DNA of 35,664 bases from Micavibrio aeruginosavorus (lineage in GTDB: Bacteria; Pseudomonadota; Alphaproteobacteria; UBA9219): NCBI GenBank assembly GCA_020720905.1, contig DYNT01000001.1:1-35664 (forward strand), written 5' to 3'. Below the pieces are notes generated by a model that ran no database searches, was not told where the DNA came from, and saw only the letters and a program-made list of their open reading frames with translations. Below are positions 24,427 to 34,206 of this stretch, one piece after another (the stretch's first letter is position 1; every line of letters begins with the position of its first letter). A program made the position numbers and the translations under genes.

Positions 24427-25407
24427 TTAAATCTCAAAGTTGATCATTTGTTTCATGACAAGAACGCCCAGACCTAGCCATGTTAGTCCGCCACCCAAAA
24501 GGAATTTCCCTTTTGTTTCATTCAGCAAAATCATCATGTATTCCGAATTGACTACCATCAAAAGGGTGAACATCAAAAAAGGCAACGACCCGATAATCAT
24601 GGCCGATGCGCGGGCTTCGGATGACATGGCTTTGATTTTCTGTTTGAGTTGCCTGCGCTTGCGGAGAAGCTCGGCCAGATTGCCAAGTGTTTCAGCAAGG
24701 TTGCCCCCCGTTTCTCGTTGGATGGCAAGGGCAATAATGAAAAAACGATATTCGGGCGTATTAAGACGGCTTGCGACTTCCCACATGGATTCTTCCAGTG
24801 AGCGCCCCATGCGCACGCCATCGCTGATGCGACTGAACTCAAGGCCTAAAGGATCGGGAAGCTCTTGCCCCACGGTGGCGATGGTCTCGGTGATGGGGAG
24901 GCCAGATCGAAGTCCTCGGCAAATTGTATCGATGGCTTCGGGAAAGATGCTTAGGAATTTTAGAGTGCGTTTTTTGCCCATGCGGCCTGTGATCATATGG
25001 GGGAGGTAAAGGCCAACAGCAATGCTCATAAAAAAAGAAACAGGTTTGGCCCAGTGGATAAGGTGGGTGAAAACAAGATAAAAAACGCCAATGGCGATGG
25101 CGTTGATCATAAGATATTCGCCAAGCGAGATATTTTTGCCGGTGCAGGCTAGACGTTGCCTCATTTTTTCGGGATTGGGCAGTGTCGTTTTGATGATGCG
25201 ATCAAAGAGAGGAATGGCGCTGTCGCTTGTGCGGCGGCGGAGCGTTGTGGTTGTTTCCTTCAAGCTTTTGGCGGGGGCTTCGCCGCTGACGCGATCCAAG
25301 CGCTTCTTGACGGAGGAAGAGCCATTGTCTTGCCAAAAAAGCGCGACCAAAACCAAAAGAAGAAGGCCGCCGCCGACCACAATAATCAAGGTAAGGGAGG
25401 GGGTCAT
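24427..25407 (-). CDS. tadB: TadB, Tad/Flp pilus inner-membrane platform protein
   Basis: A T2SS-F-type domain (FPEAIDTICRGLRSGLPITETI). It has an ATGA overlap with cpaF. Confidence 0.85.
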   Translation of the reverse strand: MTPSLTLIIVVGGGLLLLVLVALFWQDNGSSSVKKRLDRVSGEAPAKSLKETTTTLRRRTSDSAIPLFDRIIKTTLPNPEKMRQRLACTGKNISLGEYLMINAIAIGVFYLVFTHLIHWAKPVSFFMSIAVGLYLPHMITGRMGKKRTLKFLSIFPEAIDTICRGLRSGLPITETIATVGQELPDPLGLEFSRISDGVRMGRSLEESMWEVASRLNTPEYRFFIIALAIQRETGGNLAETLGNLAELLRKRRQLKQKIKAMSSEARASAMIIGSLPFLMFTLLMVVNSEYMMILLNETKGKFLLGGGLTWLGLGVLVMKQMINFEI

Positions 25408-27068
25408 GACAGCGCCTCCAGCAAATCTTTTTCAAGCCCGTAATAGGCGGCCTTGGGCAAACAGTGGGGGCGCAGGCCGTTGTTCTTGAAATCAACGGTC
25501 AGGCGTCCATCGGGGAGTTCGCCTGTGACATCGCACACGAACAAATCCTGCATCGAGATGACCTCGCCTTCCATGCCCGTCACCTCGGAAATATGCGTGA
25601 CGCGCCGCGACCCGTCGCGCATGCGGCTAACTTGAATAATCATATCGACGGCTGAGGCTATTTGTTGACGAATAGCGCGAGGCGCTAGGTTCGCGCCGCC
25701 AAGGCCAACCATGTTTTCAAGGCGCATGATGGCCTCGCGTGGGCGGTTGGCGTGAACGGTGGACAAAGAGCCATCATGACCGGTGTTCATGGCTTGCAGC
25801 ATATCGATGGCCTCGCCGCCGCGTGTTTCACCGACGATGATGCGATCAGGCCGCATGCGCAAAGCGTTTTTTAGCAAATCGCGCATGGTAATTTCGCCGT
25901 GGCCTTCAAGGTTAGCGGGGCGCGTTTCAAGGCGGACGACGTGCGGCTGCTGCAATTGCAGCTCGGCAGCGTCTTCAATGGTCACCACGCGCTCACCATG
26001 ATCAATCATTTGGGATAGGGCGTTGAGTAATGTTGTCTTTCCCGATCCTGTGCCGCCAGAAATCAAAATGTTCAGGCGGCAACGCCCCACGATACGCAGC
26101 ACTTGCGCCATTTGCGGCGAAATGCTGCCGAATTTGATCATGGAATCGAGCGTGATTTTCTTTTTGGAGAATTTACGGATGGTAATGGTGGGGCCGTCGA
26201 TGGCCAAGGGGGGAATGATGATGTTGACGCGACTGCCATCCATCAAACGCGCATCGCAAAGGGGGGAGCTTTCATCAATGCGGCGGCCAATGGCGGTCAC
26301 GATGCGCGTGGCGATAGAGAGAACATGCGCGTTATCGCGGAACGTCACGTCGGTGAGCGTCAGCTTGCCCTTGCTCTCGCAATAGACCTGCTTGGGGCCA
26401 TTGACCATGACTTCTGAAACGCTTTCATCAGCCAGCAAAGGTTCTAAGGGGCCAAGGCCGAGCATATCGTTGAGGAGCTGCTCAACCAGCTCTAACCGTT
26501 CGGCGGCATTAAGCTGTGTTTTGGTTTCGATCAAAAGCTCGCCGATCAGGCCTTTTAAATCACGTGCCAAATCCTCGCGTGCCATGCGCGCGGCGGCTGA
26601 CGTATCAATCCGATCAAGGATAAGCGGCTGAAGTTTAAGCTTGGCCTGACCAACGCTTGTACGGCTGGCGGTGCTGATCGCAAGGGGCTCAACATGGCGG
26701 GGTGGGGGGGGCGGCGCTTCCTCAACCTCTGGCGTGGGGGGGACAAAAGAAGTCACCGTTGTTGCGTTGGCTGGGGCAATTGTCGCCTTTGCGTTTTCGG
26801 GTTTGGCCACTTGACCCAGCAAAGCGTTACTCAGCACGTTGACAAAATCGCGTTGATCCAGAAGGTTCAGTTCAATCCCTTGTTGGCTGAGGAAGGCCAG
26901 TGCAAAGTTTTTAATCTCGCGGTTGATCTCTACGCGTGGCATTGTCTTAATTTTTTCTTTGGGAAAAGCTTTCGTCAATTCCGGCATAAGGCGGTCGCGC
27001 AAAACAACAAGCGTACCATCAGCCGCAAGGATTCTCGCCTCCAGATTTCCCTGCGCGTCGGCGGTCAT
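25404..27068 (-). CDS. cpaF: CpaF/TadA secretion ATPase
   Basis: Walker A is [16 protein letters not shown], Walker B is [10 protein letters not shown], and IIVGETRG and [12 protein letters not shown] are present. An N-terminal extension carries a PPPPP tract. Confidence 0.9.
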   Translation of the reverse strand: MTADAQGNLEARILAADGTLVVLRDRLMPELTKAFPKEKIKTMPRVEINREIKNFALAFLSQQGIELNLLDQRDFVNVLSNALLGQVAKPENAKATIAPANATTVTSFVPPTPEVEEAPPPPPRHVEPLAISTASRTSVGQAKLKLQPLILDRIDTSAAARMAREDLARDLKGLIGELLIETKTQLNAAERLELVEQLLNDMLGLGPLEPLLADESVSEVMVNGPKQVYCESKGKLTLTDVTFRDNAHVLSIATRIVTAIGRRIDESSPLCDARLMDGSRVNIIIPPLAIDGPTITIRKFSKKKITLDSMIKFGSISPQMAQVLRIVGRCRLNILISGGTGSGKTTLLNALSQMIDHGERVVTIEDAAELQLQQPHVVRLETRPANLEGHGEITMRDLLKNALRMRPDRIIVGETRGGEAIDMLQAMNTGHDGSLSTVHANRPREAIMRLENMVGLGGANLAPRAIRQQIASAVDMIIQVSRMRDGSRRVTHISEVTGMEGEVISMQDLFVCDVTGELPDGRLTVDFKNNGLRPHCLPKAAYYGLEKDLLEALS

Positions 27069-28282
27069 TTCTTGGCATCCTCCTTGGCGGCTGATTTAAA
27101 GAGCCCCCCTAAAAGCCCGCTGCTTTTCTTAGGCGCGGCGGCCTTATCCTCTGGCGTTTCTAAAAACGACTTGGCGAGCGCTAGCATCGCCTTAGTTAGG
27201 GCGGCTGAAGGGGCAAGAGCGCCCAGCATTTTACCGGCATTGTTGGCGGCGGTCATGTTTTTATGATCGTCGGGGAGGGTGAAATCAATCTTGGCTTGCG
27301 TGCCTTTGGCAAAGGCGGCCTCATCAACGGCTGAAGGACGGCTTGCGCTGACGCGTGTGGCGACTTGCGTGATTTTGGCGGTGGAGCCAAGGCCTTTTAG
27401 CGTTGTGCGAATACGCAGCGTGTCGCGAATGCCAACCAACGACATCTCGGTCACCAGCACGATTTCATGCGCGGTGGCTAGGATGCGTTTTTGCGTGGCG
27501 ATCATATGGCGCGGCATATCGATGATGACGGCGTTATAGGTGCTTTTCATTTCCTTCAAAAGAGCGGCGATGGCGGCGGCATCGACATGGATGACGTCTT
27601 CAATGGATTCCTCGGCGCTGAGCACGGCAAAGGATTCGCTTTCGCTGATAAGAGCGCCCGCAATCATCAAGCCATCCACGCGCTGGGGTGAGCTGACAAC
27701 ATCGCGAAGGCCATGGCCCGGTTCGATATCCAAGGCCAACGCGCTTGTCCCAAACTGCAAATCCATATCCAAAAGGGCGCTTTTTTGCTTCAGGTTGTGG
27801 GCGATGAGCCACGCGGTATTGGCGGCCACGGGGCTGGCGCCAACGCCGCCGCGCACGCCCATCACAACAATAATGCGGGCGTCTTTGTGGGAGCCATGGG
27901 CACCGCCCTTTTCGCCTTGCGAGGCGGAGAGCATAGTTTGCGTCAAGATTTCGGGCGTGACGGGCTTGACCAGATAATCGCTAAGCCCTGCGGCCATCAT
28001 GCTGCGGTAAAGCGTCACATCGTTGGCGCTGCCCAGTGCGACAAGGTGGCTGGCGGGGCCGCACAGGCTCACAAGCCTTGCGGCTAGTTGGATGGGTTGT
28101 TCTTGTCCATCAAAATCAATCAACGCCAATTTAGGCGGCGCATCGGATTCTAAAAGCGAAGCGAACAGCTCAGGGCCGCCGCGCTGAATGGTATCGGCGG
28201 GAAACCCCTGTTTTTCCGCCCAGCCTTGTACCTGAAGGGCGGTTTCGTCATCATTGATAAAAGCCATAAACTCGTTATGCAT
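27065..28282 (-). CDS. cpaE: CpaE/TadZ ParA/MinD-like pilus localisation ATPase with N-terminal receiver-like domain
   Basis: The deviant Walker A reads VVMGVRGGVGASPVAANTA. Position and size are typical. It has a 4-nt overlap with cpaF. Confidence 0.85.
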   Translation of the reverse strand: MHNEFMAFINDDETALQVQGWAEKQGFPADTIQRGGPELFASLLESDAPPKLALIDFDGQEQPIQLAARLVSLCGPASHLVALGSANDVTLYRSMMAAGLSDYLVKPVTPEILTQTMLSASQGEKGGAHGSHKDARIIVVMGVRGGVGASPVAANTAWLIAHNLKQKSALLDMDLQFGTSALALDIEPGHGLRDVVSSPQRVDGLMIAGALISESESFAVLSAEESIEDVIHVDAAAIAALLKEMKSTYNAVIIDMPRHMIATQKRILATAHEIVLVTEMSLVGIRDTLRIRTTLKGLGSTAKITQVATRVSASRPSAVDEAAFAKGTQAKIDFTLPDDHKNMTAANNAGKMLGALAPSAALTKAMLALAKSFLETPEDKAAAPKKSSGLLGGLFKSAAKEDAKK

Positions 28283-28321
28283 AGCGCACCTGATGATATC
28301 CTTTGTGTTCTTTTTGTTAAA

Positions 28322-28735
28322 TTACGGCGTTGTCCCCGTGCTTGCTGGCGCTTGCTCTGTGGGGGCGTCTGCTTTGGCGTCTATAAGGGCTCTTGTTTTT
28401 CCAGTGCGATAATTGTTCATGGACGAAGCAGCCAGCGTGCCGTCGGCTTTTCCCAAAGGCTTTCCTTCAATCAAATCTTCGGGGCGATCAACGTGCGCAG
28501 CCAAATTACGCGCAGCGGCGCAGCCCAGCTGCGGCGTGATTGTGTTTTCATTGTCTCCTATAGATGTTGTCGCCCAGCTTGGACAATCGGGAGGGACGGC
28601 GACGCTGTCGCTTTCCTTGGCCGAGGGCATAAGGCGGATGCGGTAATCGGGGGCGGGCGTTGCCTCGCAACCGGCAAGGCACAGCGCGGCGAAAGGCAAA
28701 GCAAGAAGGAAGGTGCGAGAAAAAGAAGGCGTCAT
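28322..28735 (-). CDS. cpaD: CpaD pilus biogenesis lipoprotein
   Basis: Lipobox LAGC. The motif GCAAARNLAAHVDRPEDLIEG..LGKADG and the YRTGK pattern are characteristic of CpaD. Confidence 0.8.
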   Translation of the reverse strand: MTPSFSRTFLLALPFAALCLAGCEATPAPDYRIRLMPSAKESDSVAVPPDCPSWATTSIGDNENTITPQLGCAAARNLAAHVDRPEDLIEGKPLGKADGTLAASSMNNYRTGKTRALIDAKADAPTEQAPASTGTTP

Positions 28736-28738
28736 GGG

Positions 28739-30361
28739 TTACTCCACAATAAAGCCGCCAGGGCCTTGCGGCGCGGGCGCTTTGGTTTTGGTGGGCGCAG
28801 CAGAAAGTGGCGTGGACATCAGCGACGCAGAAGGCGTGACGACCTCACGCGCTGTTCCTTCATGGGCGACGGGAATCACAGGCGCAGCGATAGGTTGCGG
28901 CGATTCCTCGGCCATGGGTTCCATGGGACTTAAGGTGGCGCGAGGCTCACCGCTTAAAGGTCTTGCGGCAGGGTCGCTGTTTGTCTCACGCAGGCGGAAG
29001 ATGCGATCAGTATCCGAAGGCGGCGCAAAGCCGTCTGTCGGTAACGCCAACTGTTCTTGCGTTGCGGGCTTGACGATATAGGGCGTGATGATGATAACCA
29101 ATTCGCTTTCATTGTTTTGAAAGCGTGTGGAGCGGAACAGCGGTCCCAAAACGGGAATGTCGCCCAAGAACGGATATTTATCGACCGACTGGGTTTGCTG
29201 GTTGTTCAAAAGACCGGCGATGGCAAAGCTTTGTCCGCTGTTCAGCTCAATCGTTGTTTCGGCGCGTCGTGTCGTCAGGGCGGGCACTTGAACTGTCCCG
29301 ATGGTGACAGCGCCAGCGGCAGAAAGTTGGCTGACTTCGGGGCGAACGTGCAGATTGATGCGATCCTCCCCGATCACCGTTGGCGTGAAGGCTAGGGAAA
29401 CGCCGTACTGTTTCCATTCGATGGTGACGTTTTCGTTTTGGGGGACAGGGATGGGGAACTCACCGCCCGCAAGGAAGCTGGCCGTTTCCCCTGACATGGC
29501 GGTTAAAGACGGCTCGGCCAAAATGGTGATCAGGCCGTTTTTGGCCAACGCGTCAATCATGCTGTTGACGCTGTGATGGCCGCTGTTATAGGTCGCGGCG
29601 ATGGCATCATTGGTTGATCCGTCCAAGCTGGTGCGCGTGAGAGCTGTTGCGCCTGCTGTAATGAAATCAGCCCCTGTCGCAAGGCCAAAGGCAAAGCCGC
29701 CAACGTTGCTGATGGTTTCCCAATTGATGCCAAAGCGTTTGTCCACATCGCGGGACACTTCGGCGAAGCGCACGCGAATTTGAATCTGATTGTTGGCTTT
29801 AACATGGATGCGATTGATAATATCGCCATCTCTGGGGATATAGCGCACCGCAAGGCGGCGGGCATCTTCAACGGCGGCGGCATCCGCAACGTCGCCCGAC
29901 AACACAATGCCATTGGGAATGGATTCAACCTTGATGGTGCTGCTGGGCAAAACGGTGCGCAGCGTCTCACGCAGCGCTGCAAGGTTTTGTGTGACCATCA
30001 CCGTTTTGTAAACCAGATCATGCCCGTCTTTATCCGTAATCTTAAGCGTCGTATGGCCTTCCTTCTTGCCATAGATCATCACGGACAGGGGCGAGATTAC
30101 TTGCACATCCGCAATATCAGGGTTTGCAATAAAAACCGTGGCGGCAGGCGCGTTGAACTTAACAGGCACGCTTTTATCGATGAGCACCTCAAGCGTTGTC
30201 GGTTTTTTCTCGGTAGTAGCCTTCTCCAATTTTTCGGCTTTAATGGTTTTATCGGGCGTTGCGGCCAAGGCGCTCGCGCTACTCGCCATAAGGCCCGCGC
30301 AGAGCGTCACGATGACCATCGAAGCAAGAAGGGTAATTTTTGATAAACGCATGGTCGGCAT
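28739..30361 (-). CDS. cpaC: CpaC/RcpA Tad secretin
   Basis: It has a signal peptide, BON-like N-terminal repeats and a secretin domain (FAIAGLL...YPFLGDIPVLGPLFRS...ESELVIIITPYIV). There is an approximately 90-aa Pro/Ala/Ser-rich C-terminal extension. Confidence 0.9.
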   Translation of the reverse strand: MPTMRLSKITLLASMVIVTLCAGLMASSASALAATPDKTIKAEKLEKATTEKKPTTLEVLIDKSVPVKFNAPAATVFIANPDIADVQVISPLSVMIYGKKEGHTTLKITDKDGHDLVYKTVMVTQNLAALRETLRTVLPSSTIKVESIPNGIVLSGDVADAAAVEDARRLAVRYIPRDGDIINRIHVKANNQIQIRVRFAEVSRDVDKRFGINWETISNVGGFAFGLATGADFITAGATALTRTSLDGSTNDAIAATYNSGHHSVNSMIDALAKNGLITILAEPSLTAMSGETASFLAGGEFPIPVPQNENVTIEWKQYGVSLAFTPTVIGEDRINLHVRPEVSQLSAAGAVTIGTVQVPALTTRRAETTIELNSGQSFAIAGLLNNQQTQSVDKYPFLGDIPVLGPLFRSTRFQNNESELVIIITPYIVKPATQEQLALPTDGFAPPSDTDRIFRLRETNSDPAARPLSGEPRATLSPMEPMAEESPQPIAAPVIPVAHEGTAREVVTPSASLMSTPLSAAPTKTKAPAPQGPGGFIVE

Positions 30362-30363
30362 CC

Positions 30364-31323
30364 TTATTGTTGGGGAAGGTCAAAGATAGCTTCCGTTGAT
30401 TCTTTGCCCCGTATGATTTGAATTTTTTGCGTTGCGCCCGAACGATTGGCGGGGCTTGGCAGAACTTGGCTGACATCGCTGTCCCACGTTAGCGCATCGC
30501 TGGCGGGGGGCAGCGCTGGAATCCCGCCTGCCAACGTGGCGGCATCCAAAGCCACATCGGGAACGGCGGGTTGCTGCGATGGCATCATGGTGGCTGTTGT
30601 CGTTTGATCGGCGGCCTTATCCGTAACCGGATCGTTGGCCATGCTGCGCAAAGCCAAAGAAACCGTGCCGATTTGCGTGATCAGCGCCATCGTTTCGGCT
30701 TGCTTGGGCGTGACTTCCAACGTGGCGACTTGTGCGATTTTCGGTTCGGTCACTTGGTCGTTCATCTTTTGATCAAGGGCAAGGACGCGCACGTTTTTGA
30801 TCATCGTTTCGCTGACGCGGCGCTCGTCCGATCCCACATCGCCTTTACGCCCGATGGTGTGCGTGACGATAATATCCACATGATCGCCTGGAAAAACAAA
30901 ACCCGCCACGCCAGCGACAGGCGTGATGGCAATGGACACGGCACGCATGCCCGCCGTCAGGGCGGCGGCCATAAAGCCTTGCTCACCGGGTTTGACGGTG
31001 CGACCCGTCATGATGGGTTCGCCCGTGCGCATGCCATAGCGCACAACTTGACCCGTGTAATCCGTGATGTTGGCGACGCCCTTAACGGCTTGACCCGTGA
31101 CGCCTTCTTCCTTGGGCCAGACTTGCCATTTCAAGTCGGCGTCTTTGATCATGGCTCCGGCGGGCAGGTCCTTTGCGGCGACAAGGATTTCCTGTGTCGG
31201 CGTTGCTTTCGTTTCCACGGTGGCCGTTCCGTTGCCTTTGGATAGCATGGTGCGGGCGACGATGACGGTTCCCCCGGCGATCATCAAAGCGATAAGCAAA
31301 AGAAAGATTTTTTTAGCAGGCAT
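30364..31323 (-). CDS. cpaB: CpaB/RcpC Flp pilus assembly protein
   Basis: An N-terminal TM anchor, a SAF-like domain (ILVAAKDLPAGAMI) and an RcpC region. It lies between cpaA and cpaC. Confidence 0.85.
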   Translation of the reverse strand: MPAKKIFLLLIALMIAGGTVIVARTMLSKGNGTATVETKATPTQEILVAAKDLPAGAMIKDADLKWQVWPKEEGVTGQAVKGVANITDYTGQVVRYGMRTGEPIMTGRTVKPGEQGFMAAALTAGMRAVSIAITPVAGVAGFVFPGDHVDIIVTHTIGRKGDVGSDERRVSETMIKNVRVLALDQKMNDQVTEPKIAQVATLEVTPKQAETMALITQIGTVSLALRSMANDPVTDKAADQTTTATMMPSQQPAVPDVALDAATLAGGIPALPPASDALTWDSDVSQVLPSPANRSGATQKIQIIRGKESTEAIFDLPQQ

Positions 31324-31335
31324 GGTTTTTTCTCC

Positions 31336-31845
31336 TTAGCCTTTTGCTGGAAGCAAAGCGGGGTTGAGCAAAAGCGCGAGTGTGCAAAGGCCGCCCAGCG
31401 CGATGGCGATGCCATAGGGAAGCGGCGTTTTGGATAGCTTTGTTTTTATGGCCTCGTCCTTTTCATGGCGCAGGCGCATAAAAGTCATTGCGCCAAGTCC
31501 CAGCGCCAAAAGGCCGCCTGAAAGGGCTGTGATGAAAAGGAATAAAACAGCGTGCGTAGAGCCCGCCCACAGGCTGATAACGGATAACAATTTGATGTCG
31601 CCTGCGCCTGCCCAGTTCTTCAGAAAAACGAGATACCCAAGGCCGAACGTGGCGAGAAAAACCCATACATGATTTTCCCAGTGAATCGTGATGGGCGCGG
31701 CATAAACATACATGGGGAACAACAGCAACAGCGCGGCGCACGCCGCGTTGGGAATGCGATAGCGCACAGCGTCGCTTGCAGCGGCAAGAACCATCACGAT
31801 TCCCGCAAGAGCAATGATAAAATGAAAGAGCATTTCTGGATTCAT
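31336..31845 (-). CDS. cpaA: CpaA/TadV A24-family prepilin peptidase (no methyltransferase domain)
   Basis: Two catalytic Asp contexts are present: SDAVRYRIPN and GAGDIKLL. The start is taken at the internal ATG 31845 (MNPEMLFHFIIAL...). The 70 upstream codons of the track ORF look non-coding. Confidence 0.8.
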   Translation of the reverse strand: MNPEMLFHFIIALAGIVMVLAAASDAVRYRIPNAACAALLLLFPMYVYAAPITIHWENHVWVFLATFGLGYLVFLKNWAGAGDIKLLSVISLWAGSTHAVLFLFITALSGGLLALGLGAMTFMRLRHEKDEAIKTKLSKTPLPYGIAIALGGLCTLALLLNPALLPAKG

Positions 31846-32286
31846 ACGCGACCTCTTTTGCGCCTGAGGCGCTATGGGACTAACTATGCGATAGATATGA
31901 TTAATAGGAGGTGAATCGGTTAAGAGGCGGAGGGGAGCCGTTCTCCTCTTTCGAAGGAGCGTACCTAAGGCGGTTGCCCCATGGTTTCGGGTTTTAAGGC
32001 GTGGGGGAAAAAAGAAGGCAAGGTTCGGCATTGTCATAAGTGACGAATAACACATTCTGTGGCATAAATCAATAAAAATCTTTCATATATCGGGAAATAT
32101 CTTTGCTTGTTAAAAACGCGAATCTCATTGTTTTCAATACAAAAATGACTATTGGTTAACAATTTTCTTTTGTGTTATGGTTTTAACCATGATTCTTTTC
32201 GTTAAAACGATCTTAACGAAAGGGGTGGTTATCTTCTCTTGCTCTTGAAATCGAAAGGTTTCAGGTTTTTTTGTTTGGTCAGGCGC

Positions 32287-33162
32287 ATGAGTCTAAACTT
32301 TTTCATCGGTTTAATCACGGCTGTTGCCTGCACGCTCGGTGGCTATGTCTTCGAAGGCGGTCATCTTTCGGTGCTGGCGGATGCTGCGCCGATTGAAATC
32401 GTCATTATGGGCGGGACGGCGGCGGGTGGTTTTATTATTGCCAATCCAAAGTCTGTGAAAAAAGGCGTTGGAAAGTCGATGAAGCTTCTTATCAAGAAGC
32501 CGAAATTCAACAAAGAATCTTATATCGAGCTTTTGTCGCTTATGTATCAGATTTTCAAGTTGGCGAAAACCAAAGGCATGTTGGCGTTAGAGGCACATGT
32601 CGAAAAGCCAGAGGAAAGCAGCATTTTTCAAGCGTTTCCGGGATTCCTTCACAACCATCATGCGGTTGAGTTTTTCTGCGATTATCTGCGGCTTTTTACC
32701 CTTGGCGCGGATAAGCCGTTTGAGATCGAGGCGCTGATGGATGAAGAGCTGGAAGTTCATCATGCTGAGAATGAAGCGATCGCGGCGGCGGTTCAATCCA
32801 TTGCGGATGGTATGCCCGCCATCGGTATTGTGGCTGCCGTGCTTGGCGTTATTCACACGATGGGCTCGATTTCCGAACCGCCAGAGGTTTTGGGGCGTCT
32901 TATCGGCGGCGCGCTTGTTGGAACGTTTATGGGTGTGTGGACGGCCTACGGTTTTGTGGGGCCGATGGGCACGTTTATTAAGGCGACGCAGGATGCCGAA
33001 TCGAAGTACCTCCAATGCCTTAAGATTGGCATGCTGGCGCATTTGCAAGGCTTTGCGCCATCGATATCGATTGAGTACGCGCGCAAAACCTTGATGGCTG
33101 ATGTGCGCCCCAGCTTTACGGAAGTGGAAGAAGCGACACAAGCTTTGTCCGCGCCATCGTAA
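32287..33162 (+). CDS. motA: Flagellar stator protein MotA
   Basis: Colinear similarity to E. coli MotA (from memory): GGYVFEGGHLSVL, FEIEALMDEELEVHH, MPAIGIVAAVLGVIHTMG, RPSFTEVEE. The start is taken at ATG 32287. Confidence 0.85.
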   Translation: MSLNFFIGLITAVACTLGGYVFEGGHLSVLADAAPIEIVIMGGTAAGGFIIANPKSVKKGVGKSMKLLIKKPKFNKESYIELLSLMYQIFKLAKTKGMLALEAHVEKPEESSIFQAFPGFLHNHHAVEFFCDYLRLFTLGADKPFEIEALMDEELEVHHAENEAIAAAVQSIADGMPAIGIVAAVLGVIHTMGSISEPPEVLGRLIGGALVGTFMGVWTAYGFVGPMGTFIKATQDAESKYLQCLKIGMLAHLQGFAPSISIEYARKTLMADVRPSFTEVEEATQALSAPS

Positions 33163-33171
33163 GGGAATGGC

Positions 33172-34206
33172 ATGGCCGATCACAACCAACCCATTATTAT
33201 TATCAGGAAAAAGAAAAAGGGCGGGCACGCGGGGCATCATGGCGGCGCGTGGAAGGTGGCTTATGCCGATTTCGTGACGGCCATGATGTCGTTCTTTTTG
33301 TTGCTTTGGCTTTTGAACGTCACCACGTCCGATCAACGCAAAGGCATCGCGGATTATTTTGCGCCGATGGCAATTTCGCATTCCGAAGGCGGCTCCGGCG
33401 GCGTGATGGGTGGCAAAGCGATCACGATGCCCGATGGGGCCGAGATTTCGGCGTCCTCGCCGCCTGGGCTTGATGATCGTTCGATGGCGACGGTTGGCAA
33501 GGGCGATGAGGGCGAGGAAGACGTCTTAGGCAAAAGTGAAACCTCAGCCGACGGCCATGCGGCAGAAGATAAAAAGGCTGAGGATAAGGCGGCGTTGACG
33601 CCAGAGGAAAAGCTGGCGCAAGCGCAAGACCAAGTGACGAAGGATGCCATTGCCTTGGCCGAGTCGATGAAGAAAGAAGAAGCCAAGTTCAAAGCGGCGG
33701 CCGAGATGTTGAAGCAAGCGCTTTTAGGCAATCCCGCGATGAAGGATTTGGCGGAGTATCTTGTGATCGATCAAACGCCAGAGGGGCTTCGCATTCAAAT
33801 TATCGATAAAGATAAGTTTTCGCTGTTTCCCTCTGGCTCGTCTAGCCCTTATGAAAAAGGGCGCGATTTGCTGCGCCTTGTCGGGCAGGTTCTCTCTAAA
33901 TTGCCGAATAAAATCTCGGTCACGGGCCATACGGACAGCAACCCTTATCCGACCGGATCGCGCCGCGATAATTGGGATCTGTCAACGGATCGCGCCAATG
34001 TGTCTCGCTCTGAATTAACGATAGGCGGCGTCGTGCGTGAGAGGATTGCGCGTGTGGTGGGGTTGGCGGATCAAGAGCCGTTTGTGCCGAACGATCCTAA
34101 AGATTCTCGCAACCGCCGTATCAGCATCGTTTTGCTAAGGCAAGCGACGCCGTTTGTGCTGAACCCGCCTGCGCTTCCCGCAGGCTCAACAAAGGAAACG
34201 CCATGA
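33172..34206 (+). CDS. motB: Flagellar stator protein MotB (OmpA-like C-terminal domain)
   Basis: The N-terminal segment is GGAWKVAYADFVTAMMSFFLLLWLLN, a plug/TM region with the conserved Asp. The C-terminal region is VTGHTDSNPY...NWDLSTDRA...RNRRISIVLL. Confidence 0.85.
   Translation: MADHNQPIIIIRKKKKGGHAGHHGGAWKVAYADFVTAMMSFFLLLWLLNVTTSDQRKGIADYFAPMAISHSEGGSGGVMGGKAITMPDGAEISASSPPGLDDRSMATVGKGDEGEEDVLGKSETSADGHAAEDKKAEDKAALTPEEKLAQAQDQVTKDAIALAESMKKEEAKFKAAAEMLKQALLGNPAMKDLAEYLVIDQTPEGLRIQIIDKDKFSLFPSGSSSPYEKGRDLLRLVGQVLSKLPNKISVTGHTDSNPYPTGSRRDNWDLSTDRANVSRSELTIGGVVRERIARVVGLADQEPFVPNDPKDSRNRRISIVLLRQATPFVLNPPALPAGSTKETP

Noticed and set aside
24440-31339. Large plus-strand ORFs across the Tad operon (e.g. 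24440-25009, 26694-27266, 27540-27977, 28226-28933, 29780-30343, 30571-31245)
   Set aside because: They are antisense shadows of strongly supported minus-strand cpa/tad genes in GC-rich sequence. Their Arg/Gly/His-rich translations lack motifs.
31846-32240. Possible flp/pilA small ORF upstream of cpaA
   Set aside because: All minus-strand ATG-initiated small ORFs I translated here are under 25 codons or lack the Flp leader and hydrophobic motif. The 70-codon N-terminal extension of the cpaA track ORF is not pilin-like.
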